Shown here: one piece after another, positions 53,556 to 53,769 of the stretch
Layout of the letters: every line of letters starts with the position of its first letter
Position numbering within the stretch: the stretch's first letter is position 1
Assembly (NCBI GenBank): GCA_903994795.1
Contig: CAJEYI010000003.1
Span: 1 to 53,769, forward strand
Source: an uncultured bacterium
GTDB lineage: Bacteria; Patescibacteriota; Minisyncoccia; Phycocordibacterales; Phycocordibacteraceae
Direction of reading: 5' to 3'
DNA: 53,769 nucleotides
Notes under the pieces: model-generated
The model's database searches: none
The model's input: only the letters and a program-made list of their open reading frames with translations
Told to the model about the DNA's origin: nothing
Position numbers and translations under genes: made by a program

Positions 53556-53769
53556 TGTTAGTTCAACAAGTAATTGCACCACTCCGCTAATATAGCGGAT
53601 ATGGCACACAAGCAATTAACAATAGAAGAACGCGAGGAAATACAACGTGGCGCCTGGCATAAGGAGTCGGTGCGTTCGATCGCACGGCGTCTCGGACGTC
53701 CGCACTCAACAATCGTGCGGGAGATCAACCGGAATCTGCCACCCCAACATCGCGTATACACGCCACGTC
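53556..53769 (+). mobile_element. IS30-family insertion sequence, left end and truncated transposase (ATG 53601 to window end)
   Basis: MAHKQLTIEEREEIQ...SVRSIARRLGRPHSTIVREINRN...Y is the IS30 HTH; putative left IR TGTTAGTTCAACAAGTAATTGCACC from about 53556 (boundary approximate). Confidence 0.88.

Noticed and set aside
53558-53761. Minus-strand 67-aa ORF at the window end
   Set aside because: Antisense to the IS30 transposase N-terminus, which the track omitted because it runs off the window

Overview
Core-genome segment of a small-genome bacterium, most likely Patescibacteria (Parcubacteria-like). This is inferred from the truncated PheS/PheT/RF1/ThrS, hingeless SMC, split transketolase, type IV pilin, large Ig-like surface proteins and pervasive extended -10 promoters just upstream of start codons. 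The genetic code appears to be 11. The window starts with an Illumina TruSeq adapter artefact (1-40) and ends inside an IS30 transposase. Housekeeping content: rpe-tkt-tkt/pfkB/fba, rplY, rpmE, prfA, rpsB-tsf, tRNA-Thr(UGU), pheST-folB, gyrB, thrS, dnaE with a mini-intein, rnhB, rpmF, a nusB-NUDIX fusion, rnc, smc, gdhA, rnr, dgkA and rpsP-khpA-trmD, plus cell-envelope genes. The most notable unexplained structure: (1) a four-copy, spacing-conserved promoter module (AAAACTCAGAAAAACTTTAGAAC-N10-TTnnTTCA-...-10 box). It precedes a RelE/HigB-like toxin with an HTH-less antitoxin, an orphan HicB-like gene, a non-canonical tRNA-like RNA, and a coiled-coil ORF in the usual rimM slot. (2) A family of intergenic palindromic elements with a conserved covarying core but copy-specific inverted arms. 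(3) A sortase locus whose likely substrate has an internal IPYTG+TM signal followed by a large cytoplasmic domain. (4) A ~200-nt structured RNA in front of an HD-hydrolase gene. All calls are from reading the sequence; no searches or folding programs were run.
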